From Actinomycetota bacterium (GTDB lineage Bacteria; Actinomycetota; Thermoleophilia; Gaiellales; Gaiellaceae): a DNA stretch of 43,004 nucleotides. Position 1 is the first letter of the stretch; every line of letters begins with the position of its first letter. The stretch spans positions 1 to 43,004 of the forward strand of contig JBKPEC010000001.1 of NCBI GenBank assembly GCA_046728195.1. The letters are read 5' to 3'. The position numbers and the translations under genes were made by a program. Under the pieces are notes generated by a model, which did not search any database, had not been told where the DNA came from, and worked only from the letters and a program-made list of their open reading frames with translations. Positions 1-7,424 of this stretch are shown piece by piece.

Positions 1-2756
1 TGGCGCCGCGGCATCCCGAAGCAGTCTGTCGCGCCGGAGACGATGAGCGTCTCGCACGCGGGGTCCGAGAGCTGCGTGCGCTGGGCGAGGTCGCGGATGC
101 TCCGGAACGGCCCGCCGCGCTCCCGTTCATCCACCACGGCCACGGCCTCGTCCTCGCCGATCCCGTTCACGTAGTCGATGCCTATGCGCACGGCACCGTC
201 CTCCACCGCGCACTTCGCTGCGCTGACGTTGACGTCGGGCGGTCGCGTTTCGACGCCGCGCCGCTGACCGTCGCGGACGAGCGTCGCCGGCGGGTAGAAG
301 CCCATCGGCTGAGCGTTCAGCAATGCGCACAGGAACTCGGCCGGGTGGTGGTGCCGGAGCCAGGCCGACTGGTAGGCGAGCAGGCCGAACGCGGCTGCAT
401 GCGACTTCGGGAAGCCGAAGCCGGAGAAGCCGACGAGCTTGTCGTAGACGAGGTCCGCGGTCGGGGCGTCGACTCCTCTGCCCAGCGCGCCTTGCACGAA
501 GCGCTCGCGGTAGGCCTCGAGCGCATCGTGCGAGCGCTTGCGGCTCATCGCGCGACGCAGGCCCTCCGCCTCCCCCACGCTGAAGCCGGCGAGCGCGATC
601 GCAACCTCGAGCACCTGGTCCTGGAAGACGACGACGCCGAGCGTCGAGCGCAGGCAGTCGGCGAGCAGCTGATGGTCGACCGGTGGGACGAACCCAGGAT
701 CCTCGCGCAGGCGCTGGCGGTGCTCGATGTACGGATGGACGGCCTTGCCCTGGATCGGGCCGGGCCGCACCAACGCCACCTGCACGGTGAGGTCCTCGAT
801 GTTCTCGGGCTTCGTGCGCAACAGGCTCTGCATCTGCGCCCGGCTCTCGATCTGGAAGTCGCCGACGGTGTCGGCCCGCTGGATCTCTGCGTACACGGCC
901 GGGTCGTCGAGGGGGATTCGTGAGAGGTCGATCGGCTCTCCGCGGAGGCGGGCGATCTGGTCGACGCAATCCTCGACCGCGGAGAGCATCCCCAGCCCGA
1001 GCAGGTCGATCTTGAGGAAGCCCGCGTCCGAGCACGAGTCCTTGTCCCACTGGCACATCTGCCTGCCGGCCATCGCGGCGGGCTGCACCGGCACGAGGTC
1101 GACGAGCGGACGCGACGAGATGACCATCCCGCCCGGGTGCTGTGAGATATGGCGCGGCAGGCCGGCGATCTCGTGACAGAGCTCTGCGAACGCGCGCCAG
1201 CGCGGCGAGAGCAGCTTTCGGTCTGCGTCGGGCAGAAGCTGCAGCTCTTCTGCGACTCGCTTCGCATTCCAGCCTTCGGAGACGCGGGCGATCCGCTCGA
1301 GCTCCGCATATGGGAGACCGAGCGCCTTGCCGACGTCGCGAATCGCCCCGCGCGACCGGTAGGTCGCGAACGAGGCGACGAGCGCCGCATGCTCGCGGCC
1401 GTAGCGTTCCGTGACGGCGACGATCAGCTTCTCGCGGATGTCGCGCGGGAAGTCCAGGTCGATGTCCGGAACGGAATCGAGCTCGCGGTTGAGGAACCGG
1501 CCGAGCGAGAGCTCGGCACCGACCGGATCCACGTGCGAGAGACCGGTCAGGTAGCAGACGAGCGACCCGACGGACGAGCCTCGCCCTCGCCCCGGCGGCA
1601 GTGCATGACGCGGCGACTCGCGCCCGCGCACCTGGAGCGCGCACTCGCGTGCGAGCTCGAGCACGTCCCAGTGCAGCAGGAAGAAGCCCGCGAGCCCGAG
1701 CTCGTCGATCAGCTTCAGCTCGTCGTCGAGCCGCGCCCGCGCCCGACTTCGTAACACAGTGTTACTCGGTGGATAGCGCTCCTCGAACGTGCGGTTGCAG
1801 ACCTGAGCGAGCTGGACGATCGCCGGCTCCGGACTGTCCGAGAAGTCGGGGTAACGGTAGCCGAGCTGCTGCGTGAGGTCGAACTGCAGCCGCTCGGCGA
1901 GCTCGACCGTACGTGCGACGGCTCTCCGGTCCTCCGGGAAGCGCTCGACGATCTCGGCAGGTGAGAGCAGAACGCATTCGTGGTTGCCACGTCGCTCTGC
2001 CTCGCAGCCGTCGAGCGAAGTGCGGTGGCGGACGGCGACGAGGACGTCATGCAGCTGTGCTCGACGCGGATGGTGCGCGTGCACGTCGCCGGTGACGATC
2101 GTCGGGACACCGAGCGACTCGGCAAGGTCGCGCAGGCTCGAGTTCCGGCGTGCGTCGCCGCGCTCGTACGGCCGTTGCAGCTCGACGAAGAAACGGTCCG
2201 GTCCGAACACGTGGGCCAGGCGAGCGGCGCCGTTCGGATTGCGTACCGCGAGCCCATGCCGCGCGCAGCCGGAGAGACAGACGAGCCCGTCGTTCAGCTC
2301 TGCGAGCACATGTTGGTCGAGGGCGGGATCCGCGGGGGGCTGCGCTTCCTTACCGGGCAGCCGAGTATGTGCGTGGGCCGCGGTCAGCAGCCGGCAGAGG
2401 TTCGCGTATCCCTGCGGCGTCTCGACGAGGAGCGTGACGTGCGAGCCGTCCGCGAGCGTCACCTCGGCACCTGTGATCGGCCGGACGCCGAAGTGCTTGG
2501 CGGCGTACGCGAACTCGAGCGAGCCGTAGACGCCGTTGTGGTCGGTGAGCGCGAGCGCGGGATAGCCGAGCTCGGCGGCGCGGACGGCGAGCTCCTCCGG
2601 CAACGACGCACCGTCGAGGAAGGAGTACGACGAGTGCGCGTGCAGCTCGACGTACGGTGTGGGTCTAACGCGGGGTCTGACCCCGAAGGGGTCTGACCCC
2701 AGCCTTTCCTTCTTCCGCGTCCGGTGGGGAAACTCAGGCTGAAGCTCGATCGTCAT
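1..2756 (-). CDS. dnaE2: Error-prone DNA polymerase III alpha-like subunit DnaE2 (ImuC). About 918 N-terminal codons are present and the 3' end runs off the window.
   Basis: The third minus-strand frame is open from ATG 2756 to position 1. It is absent from the ORF track because it is edge-truncated; the listed minus ORFs in this span lie in the other two frames. My translation gives MTIELQ...TPYVELHAHSSYSFLDGASLPEELAV (PHP-domain start) and, further in, AAMAGRQMCQWDKDSCSDAG (Pol III alpha core). The gene is linked to imuB. Confidence 0.9.
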   Translation of the reverse strand, partial: MTIELQPEFPHRTRKKERLGSDPFGVRPRVRPTPYVELHAHSSYSFLDGASLPEELAVRAAELGYPALALTDHNGVYGSLEFAYAAKHFGVRPITGAEVTLADGSHVTLLVETPQGYANLCRLLTAAHAHTRLPGKEAQPPADPALDQHVLAELNDGLVCLSGCARHGLAVRNPNGAARLAHVFGPDRFFVELQRPYERGDARRNSSLRDLAESLGVPTIVTGDVHAHHPRRAQLHDVLVAVRHRTSLDGCEAERRGNHECVLLSPAEIVERFPEDRRAVARTVELAERLQFDLTQQLGYRYPDFSDSPEPAIVQLAQVCNRTFEERYPPSNTVLRSRARARLDDELKLIDELGLAGFFLLHWDVLELARECALQVRGRESPRHALPPGRGRGSSVGSLVCYLTGLSHVDPVGAELSLGRFLNRELDSVPDIDLDFPRDIREKLIVAVTERYGREHAALVASFATYRSRGAIRDVGKALGLPYAELERIARVSEGWNAKRVAEELQLLPDADRKLLSPRWRAFAELCHEIAGLPRHISQHPGGMVISSRPLVDLVPVQPAAMAGRQMCQWDKDSCSDAGFLKIDLLGLGMLSAVEDCVDQIARLRGEPIDLSRIPLDDPAVYAEIQRADTVGDFQIESRAQMQSLLRTKPENIEDLTVQVALVRPGPIQGKAVHPYIEHRQRLREDPGFVPPVDHQLLADCLRSTLGVVVFQDQVLEVAIALAGFSVGEAEGLRRAMSRKRSHDALEAYRERFVQGALGRGVDAPTADLVYDKLVGFSGFGFPKSHAAAFGLLAYQSAWLRHHHPAEFLCALLNAQPMGFYPPATLVRDGQRRGVETRPPDVNVSAAKCAVEDGAVRIGIDYVNGIGEDEAVAVVDERERGGPFRSIRDLAQRTQLSDPACETLIVSGATDCFGMPRR
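2661..2700. repeat. Tandem palindromic repeat: GGGTCTAAC, then two exact copies of the palindromic 13-mer GGGGTCTGACCCC separated by GAA
   Basis: Read directly: gggtctaac gc ggggtctgacccc gaa ggggtctgacccc. The 13-mer copies are at 2672-2684 and 2688-2700. Each is self-complementary around its central base. The two copies can also pair with each other into 6 bp + mismatch + 6 bp. The repeat lies inside codons ~19-32 of the annotated dnaE2 ORF. Confidence 0.85.
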
Positions 2757-2767
2757 ACTCGGCGGGG

Positions 2768-3526
2768 ATGGCAGGCGTGTTGCTGAGGCCCGGCGAGGGC
2801 GAGTCGCTCTTCAACGGCAGGATCGTGCTGAAAGCGACCTTCGAGCAGCTCTGCATCACGGAGTCGCATTTTCCTGACGCGCGCGACGGCGCCGAGCCGC
2901 ATTTCCACCGGCAGCACGTGGACTCGTTCTACGTCCTCGAAGGTGGCATGGCCGTCCTCGTTCACGACGAGGAGAAGCTCCTCGAGCCGGGCGCCTTCGT
3001 CTCTGCACCGCCCGAGGTCGTGCACGGCTTCCGCACGACGTCGCGCTCGGTCTTCCTGAACTTCCACACGCCGGACGGCAGGTTCGCCGACAACCTGCGC
3101 GAACGGAATCGCGGCGAGCGCGGCGGCTTCGACAGCGTCGACGCGGCGCCGGGAAGCGGCAAGCCGCCGACCGACGCGGTCTTCTTGCCCTCCGGGGAAG
3201 GTGACCGTCTCCAAACGAACAACCGCGTCGCGACGATCAAGACCGGGCGCAAGGAGCTTGCGCTCATCGAGTTCGAGCTGGAGCCCGGCTTCGACGGTCC
3301 CGACCCGCATGCGCACGACGACCACATCGACTCCTTCTACGTCCTCGGCGGCGAGGTCGACTTCTTCGTCGGCGACGACTGGATTCGTCTCCCGGCCGGA
3401 TCTTTCGTCGCGGCGCCGATCGGCGTCACGCACACGTTCGGCAACCGCGACGGACAACACGCGCGACTGCTCAACATCCACGCGCCGAGCACCGGCTTCC
3501 ACGACTGGCTGCGAAGCGTCAGCTGA
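2768..3526 (+). CDS. Bicupin (two cupin domains) protein of unknown specificity
   Basis: 252-aa ORF with an internal duplication. First half: EPHFHRQHVDSFYVLEGGMAVLV...PPEVVHGF. Second half: DPHAHDDHIDSFYVLGGEVDFFV...PIGVTHTF. Both carry typical cupin His-containing motifs. Third-position G+C is high. Confidence 0.8.
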   Translation: MAGVLLRPGEGESLFNGRIVLKATFEQLCITESHFPDARDGAEPHFHRQHVDSFYVLEGGMAVLVHDEEKLLEPGAFVSAPPEVVHGFRTTSRSVFLNFHTPDGRFADNLRERNRGERGGFDSVDAAPGSGKPPTDAVFLPSGEGDRLQTNNRVATIKTGRKELALIEFELEPGFDGPDPHAHDDHIDSFYVLGGEVDFFVGDDWIRLPAGSFVAAPIGVTHTFGNRDGQHARLLNIHAPSTGFHDWLRSVS

Positions 3527-3529
3527 GAG

Positions 3530-3751
3530 ATGGCCGAGCTCGCCCATCTCACCGTTGTTCCGACCGAAGCGGAAGCGGAGCTGCTGTGCGCACTCCTTCG
3601 GACCGAAGGAATCGACTGCGACCACCGGCCGACGAACATGGGCGTTGGGGCCATGGACGGTCTGCCTGGCGGCGGCCCTCGCGAGATCGTGGTCGCAGAG
3701 CAAGATCACGCCAGAGCGCACGAAATCCTGGCAGCCTCGCGCGACAGCTGA
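3530..3751 (+). CDS. Small DUF2007-like (putative signal-transducing, PII-like fold) protein
   Basis: 73-aa ORF that starts 3 nt after the bicupin stop. The pattern LTVVPTEAEAELLCALLRTEGIDC...IVVAEQDHARAHEIL resembles DUF2007 family members. The family call is from memory. Confidence 0.55.
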   Translation: MAELAHLTVVPTEAEAELLCALLRTEGIDCDHRPTNMGVGAMDGLPGGGPREIVVAEQDHARAHEILAASRDS

Positions 3752-3810
3752 ATGACCAGACGCCGCGCTTTATCCCGGAAGAGGGCGGCGCCCGCGATCG
3801 TCCTGTGGTC

Positions 3811-3954
3811 ATGCAGACGATTCTTCCGGCCTTTCGCCCCAGCTGCTCGAAAGCTTTTCTGCTGCTGCTCGTATTCGTCCTCGGGCTGCTCATCGCGTTC
3901 GTGCTGACGAAGGGCTCCAGCCCTGTCGCTCCTCTTCCACCACCTCCCGCTTAG
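3811..3954 (+). CDS. Possible 47-aa single-pass membrane peptide
   Basis: ATG 3811 to TAG 3952-3954 encodes MQTILPAFRPSCSKAFLLLLVFVLGLLIAFVLTKGSSPVAPLPPPPA. It has one clear hydrophobic helix. Third-position G+C is lower than in neighbouring genes, and no homology was recognised. Confidence 0.3.
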   Translation: MQTILPAFRPSCSKAFLLLLVFVLGLLIAFVLTKGSSPVAPLPPPPA

Positions 3955-3979
3955 AGCTTCACGGGGTATGCGCCCGATC

Positions 3980-4258
3980 TCACGCCCCTCGCTGGGTGAA
4001 CCAGCATTTGTACATCTCATCGCGAAAGACAACGGCGTTCTCCCCTGACTGCAAGACCACTTCGAAGTAACGCCGGGACACCGGCTCCTCCGTCCACCAC
4101 CGATCGACCACGCGCCACTCCTCGCGCACGAGCTCGACCAGCAGGCGATTCACCCGCACCGGCGTGCCGTCGACACGCGCCTCGACGACCGCCGGACGGG
4201 GTTCGTTCAGTCGTCCCGCGGCACGAACAACGCGCGTGTCTCCGGAATGCGCGACCAC
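3980..4258 (-). CDS. Small conserved-looking protein downstream of imuB (possibly the DUF6504-type imuB-associated family)
   Basis: 92-aa ORF whose only in-frame start is GTG 4258. It overlaps the imuB 3' end by 52 nt in another frame. The sequence is globular-looking: VDGTPVRVNRLLVELVREEWRVVDRWWTEEPVSRRYFEVVLQSGENAVVFRDEMYKCWFTQRGA. The family name is from memory and was not verified. Confidence 0.5.
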   Translation of the reverse strand: MVAHSGDTRVVRAAGRLNEPRPAVVEARVDGTPVRVNRLLVELVREEWRVVDRWWTEEPVSRRYFEVVLQSGENAVVFRDEMYKCWFTQRGA

Positions 4259-5391
4259 GGCGCGACCTCCACCACCTGGTTGATCGATCCCGAGCCGGTG
4301 CTCGCCCGCACCTGGCGCAGTCCTTCACGTAAGCGAACGTCCAGCTCTCCTCCGGCCGCCGGCAGGAGCTCGAGCTGCTGACCATTGTGCTCCGTCAGCT
4401 CGACGAGCTCGAGCCGGAGCTCGAGCACCGGCGCCGGCAGCTCCGCGAGCTTGGGCCCGAGCGCAGCCTTGATGCGGCCGAGCTCGGTGGTCGGATCGCG
4501 CAGGGTCGAGGTTCGCCGCCACGAACCCCCGCCGACGAGCCGTGCGGATAGCGCAAGCTTGCGCACGAAGCGTCCGCTGCGCTCCGGTCGCGCCATGATC
4601 GTCTCGACCAACGCGCCGAACGCACGACGCAGCGTCAGCTCGTTGCCGATCGCCTCCGGGAACTCCAGCGCCTCGACGATCTCCGCCGGCGGGCGACGGC
4701 CGCGGACTCGCGCCGCCTTGCCGCCTCTCGCCAGGCCCCAGGCGCGCCGGCCGTCCGGCCCCAAACGTTCGGCCACGGCGCCACCCGGGAGCCCAGCAAG
4801 CTGTCCGACGCTCCTGACCCCGAGCTCGTGCAGCTCCGCGCGCCTGCGCGGCTCCATCGGCACGAGCTCGAGCGGTAGCGGCGCGAGGAAATCCTGTAGC
4901 CGCTCGTCGGAGACGACCAAGATCTGCCCGGGGCGCGCGACGTTCGCCGCCGCGAGAGCGGCGAACCGGCGCTGCGCTGCGCCCGCACGTGGATCCCAGG
5001 CAGTGCCAACGGCGGCGAGGGCGCGCTTGAGCGCGGGCTCCAGGCCGCGATACAACCTCTCCACCCCACGCGTCTCGAAGTAGACGCAACCAAGCCCTGG
5101 CGAATCGACGGCGAAGCCCGAATCCTCGAGCGCGCGGAGAATGTCCTCCCACGCCTGCTCCGCGGCAGCTGGATCCTGCTCCACCAGGACGAGCCCCGGG
5201 CAGGTCGCGAGCGCCTCACCCAGCCGCATGCCAGGACGGACACCGAGACGCTCGGCCTCAGCCGTCACCGGGCCCAGGAGAGGCTCCGTTCCCGCCGCAG
5301 GAGAGAGGGCGGCAGGGCGCAGCGCGAGTCCGGGCTGCTTCCGTAGTGCGGCCCGAAGCTCGAATCCCGGAATGATCAGGCAGGCGATCAT
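4207..5391 (-). CDS. imuB: ImuB, a Y-family DNA polymerase-like protein lacking the catalytic acidic N-terminal motif
   Basis: 394 aa. The N-terminus MIACLIIPGFELRAAL replaces the DinB-type D-x-D-AFYASVE motif, which is typical of ImuB. It shows Y-family-like length and architecture, sits next to dnaE2, and has SOS boxes immediately upstream. Confidence 0.85.
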   Translation of the reverse strand: MIACLIIPGFELRAALRKQPGLALRPAALSPAAGTEPLLGPVTAEAERLGVRPGMRLGEALATCPGLVLVEQDPAAAEQAWEDILRALEDSGFAVDSPGLGCVYFETRGVERLYRGLEPALKRALAAVGTAWDPRAGAAQRRFAALAAANVARPGQILVVSDERLQDFLAPLPLELVPMEPRRRAELHELGVRSVGQLAGLPGGAVAERLGPDGRRAWGLARGGKAARVRGRRPPAEIVEALEFPEAIGNELTLRRAFGALVETIMARPERSGRFVRKLALSARLVGGGSWRRTSTLRDPTTELGRIKAALGPKLAELPAPVLELRLELVELTEHNGQQLELLPAAGGELDVRLREGLRQVRASTGSGSINQVVEVAPWSRIPETRALFVPRDD

Positions 5392-5393
5392 GG

Positions 5394-5405
5394 GAACGTA
5401 CGTTC
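5394..5405. promoter_or_regulatory. LexA (SOS) box 1: GAAC-GTAC-GTTC
   Basis: Exact GAAC-N4-GTTC palindrome starting 3 nt upstream of the imuB ATG (5391). It overlaps the -10-like element and the predicted transcription start. Confidence 0.75.
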
Positions 5406-5431
5406 TACACGAACACCTGTTCCCCTGTCAA
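5402..5431 (-). promoter_or_regulatory. Predicted imuB promoter: -35 TTGACA, 18-nt spacer, -10-like TAGAAC, about 10 nt to the ATG (near-leaderless)
   Basis: The minus strand reads cccTTGACAggggaacaggtgttcgtgTAGAACgtacgttcccATG. The -35 hexamer is perfect and corresponds to plus-strand 5426-5431. The -10 is weak. Both LexA boxes overlap the promoter. Confidence 0.4.
5411..5422. promoter_or_regulatory. LexA (SOS) box 2: (C)GAAC-ACCT-GTTC(C)
   Basis: A second exact GAAC-N4-GTTC palindrome 5 nt from box 1. It lies in the spacer of the predicted imuB promoter and matches the Gram-positive CGAAC-N4-GTTC core. Confidence 0.75.
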
Positions 5432-5466
5432 GGGATCGTCCTGGACACGGCGAAAACGGTCCGCCC

Positions 5467-6330
5467 ATGCATGCCAGAGCGCTTCTCGCTCTGCCCCTGG
5501 TCCTCGTCGTCGCAGCCCTTTCCCCCTGTGCCTCGGCGGCCGATCGGGCGGGCGTCGCCGCCCTCCAGGTCGGCCTGCGCTCGCACGGTCTCTATCGCGG
5601 CCCGATCGACGGGCTCGACGGCCCGGGGACGGCGAAGGCGATCCGGAAGCTCCAGAAACGCGCGCACATCACCGTCGACGGGGTGGTCGGGCCGCAGACC
5701 AGGCGCGCGCTCGGCCGCTTCGCCCGGCATCGCCTCGGCAGCCGCCCGCTGAAAAGCGGCAAGGCCGGCTGGGACGTCGCCTCGCTCCAGTTCAGGCTGG
5801 CCCAGCACGGCTTCCCCTCCGGGGTGTTCGACGGGATCTTCGGCCCGCACATCGACCGCGCGCTCCGCCGCTTCCAGCGCTGGACGGGTCTGAAGGTCGA
5901 CGGCGTTGCAGGTCCCGCAACGCTCAGGGCGCTGAGAGCTCCGCCGCCGCCGATCCCGCTCCGACTCGCCTGGCCCCTCACCGCCCCGGTGCTCGGTGAC
6001 TCCTTCGGCCCCCGCGGCGACAGCTGGCACTCTGGGATCGATCTGCGGGCTCCGACGGGAACTCCGGTCTACGCCGCCGGTGCCGGTCAGGTCGTCTGGG
6101 CCGGCTGGCGCGGCGGAGGTTGGGGCTTGCTCGTCATCGTGGCGCACGGACACGGAGAGCGGTCGATGTACGCGCACCTCTCGCGCATCGACGTGCGGCT
6201 GGGCGTGTGGATCGGACAGGGCGTCCGCGTCGGGCTGATCGGTGCGTCCGGCGACGCCACGGGTCCGCATCTGCACTTCGAGGTGCGCGTCCGCGGCGCC
6301 TCCGTCAATCCCTTCCGCGTGCTGCGCTAA
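5467..6330 (+). CDS. Secreted peptidoglycan-binding M23 family metalloendopeptidase
   Basis: 287 aa with a signal peptide (MHARALLALPLVLVVAALSPCASA). It has two PG_binding_1-like repeats (LQVGLRSHGLYRGPIDGLDGPGTAKAIRKLQ and LQFRLAQHGFPSGVFDGIFGPHIDRALRRFQ). M23 motifs HSGIDL and GPHLHFEV are present. Confidence 0.88.
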   Translation: MHARALLALPLVLVVAALSPCASAADRAGVAALQVGLRSHGLYRGPIDGLDGPGTAKAIRKLQKRAHITVDGVVGPQTRRALGRFARHRLGSRPLKSGKAGWDVASLQFRLAQHGFPSGVFDGIFGPHIDRALRRFQRWTGLKVDGVAGPATLRALRAPPPPIPLRLAWPLTAPVLGDSFGPRGDSWHSGIDLRAPTGTPVYAAGAGQVVWAGWRGGGWGLLVIVAHGHGERSMYAHLSRIDVRLGVWIGQGVRVGLIGASGDATGPHLHFEVRVRGASVNPFRVLR

Positions 6331-7424
6331 GAGAACGTCACGAGCGCGTCGTCCATTCGCCGCGCGCCCGCGACGCACGCCTGCCGTCCGCTCGTCAGTT
6401 CCGTGCAAGGGAAGCGGCCGTTCGTCACGACCGCAAGTGTGCGGCCGAACCACTCGTAGCAGTCCTGCGTCCTGCACAGGCGAATCAGCCGCAGCTGCTG
6501 CGCTGGCTCGCCGGCGAGTGCCTGGTCGGGCACACCGCGCAGGCAAGCGGAGGCATCTGCACCAGCAAGGCGCGCGCACACGCGCATCTGGTCGAACGGA
6601 TTGGACGAGATCGTGAGCGCCGCGGCGCTGATGCAGCCGTAGCGCTCGAGGCCGTGCAGGCCTCGGCACGCGCGACGAAGATCGCGCGCGTCTCTGATCG
6701 GCGCCTCGATCGGTTGCTCGAGGAAGTAGCGGTACCAGCACGGCCTGATGTAAGTGAGCCGGCCGTCGCAGAGCGTGCGTGGGGAGAGCACCCTGCGCGG
6801 GCTCGTCGTCCCGTCCGCTCCCCGAAGCGAGATCCAGTAGTCGTGGAAGACGCCTTGCGCGCAGTCCGGTGCGAAGCTCGGCCGCAACGCGCGGCATGCT
6901 CTGACCGCCTGCCCCAGATCGCCGTGGTAGGCGCGCAGCAAGGCGTGGCCGAGACCGTGGACGCAGGTGTAGACGCGGTAGCGCGTGGGCAGACGCGCGC
7001 ACGCGACGGCCGCTGCCTTCCCGCCGGACTGAAGGATCTGCGGGCCGAGGTACATGACGAGCCCCATGCCGAAGCCGGCGGAGCAATTTGGATTGTTCGA
7101 GCGCGGGACGTAGCGCTGCAGGTCGGAGAGCGTGAGGTGATGCGCGCGCGCGTACTGGCGTCCCACCTCGTGCATCAGGACATGGCAGCTCGCCTCGACC
7201 GGGCCGCCGAGCGCCGACACGCGACGGTCGATGCGCGGCAGCTCGCGAGCCGGATCCCGCGACGCCTGGACGTCCAGGAGCAAGAGCCGGACGTAACAGT
7301 GGTATTGCACCTCCGCGTTGTGGATCTGCGTGCACTGCCAGAGCCACGGCTTGCGGGCAGCTCCTGCATCGGCAGTCAGGACGAGCGCTGCCACGAGCGC
7401 GGCGAGGACGAGCGCCGGCTTCAC
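6327..7424 (-). CDS. Secreted cysteine-rich repeat protein of unknown function
   Basis: 365 aa. The GTG start overlaps the comB stop (GTGA). It has a signal peptide (MKPALVLAALVAALVLTADAGAA) and 18 Cys. Motifs of the form C-x2-G-x-G/H recur: SCHVLMHEVG, NCSAGFGMG, TCVHGLGHAL, DCAQGVFHDY. I recognised no family. Confidence 0.7.
   Translation of the reverse strand: MKPALVLAALVAALVLTADAGAARKPWLWQCTQIHNAEVQYHCYVRLLLLDVQASRDPARELPRIDRRVSALGGPVEASCHVLMHEVGRQYARAHHLTLSDLQRYVPRSNNPNCSAGFGMGLVMYLGPQILQSGGKAAAVACARLPTRYRVYTCVHGLGHALLRAYHGDLGQAVRACRALRPSFAPDCAQGVFHDYWISLRGADGTTSPRRVLSPRTLCDGRLTYIRPCWYRYFLEQPIEAPIRDARDLRRACRGLHGLERYGCISAAALTISSNPFDQMRVCARLAGADASACLRGVPDQALAGEPAQQLRLIRLCRTQDCYEWFGRTLAVVTNGRFPCTELTSGRQACVAGARRMDDALVTFS

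Noticed and set aside
3706-4032. A 108-aa minus-strand ORF covering the gap between the small imuB-associated ORF and the DUF2007-like gene.
   Set aside because: The composition is charged and low-complexity (…ERDEQPEDEYEQQQK…). It overlaps the better-supported 92-aa ORF and the plus-strand membrane peptide ORF. No start context or homology was recognised.
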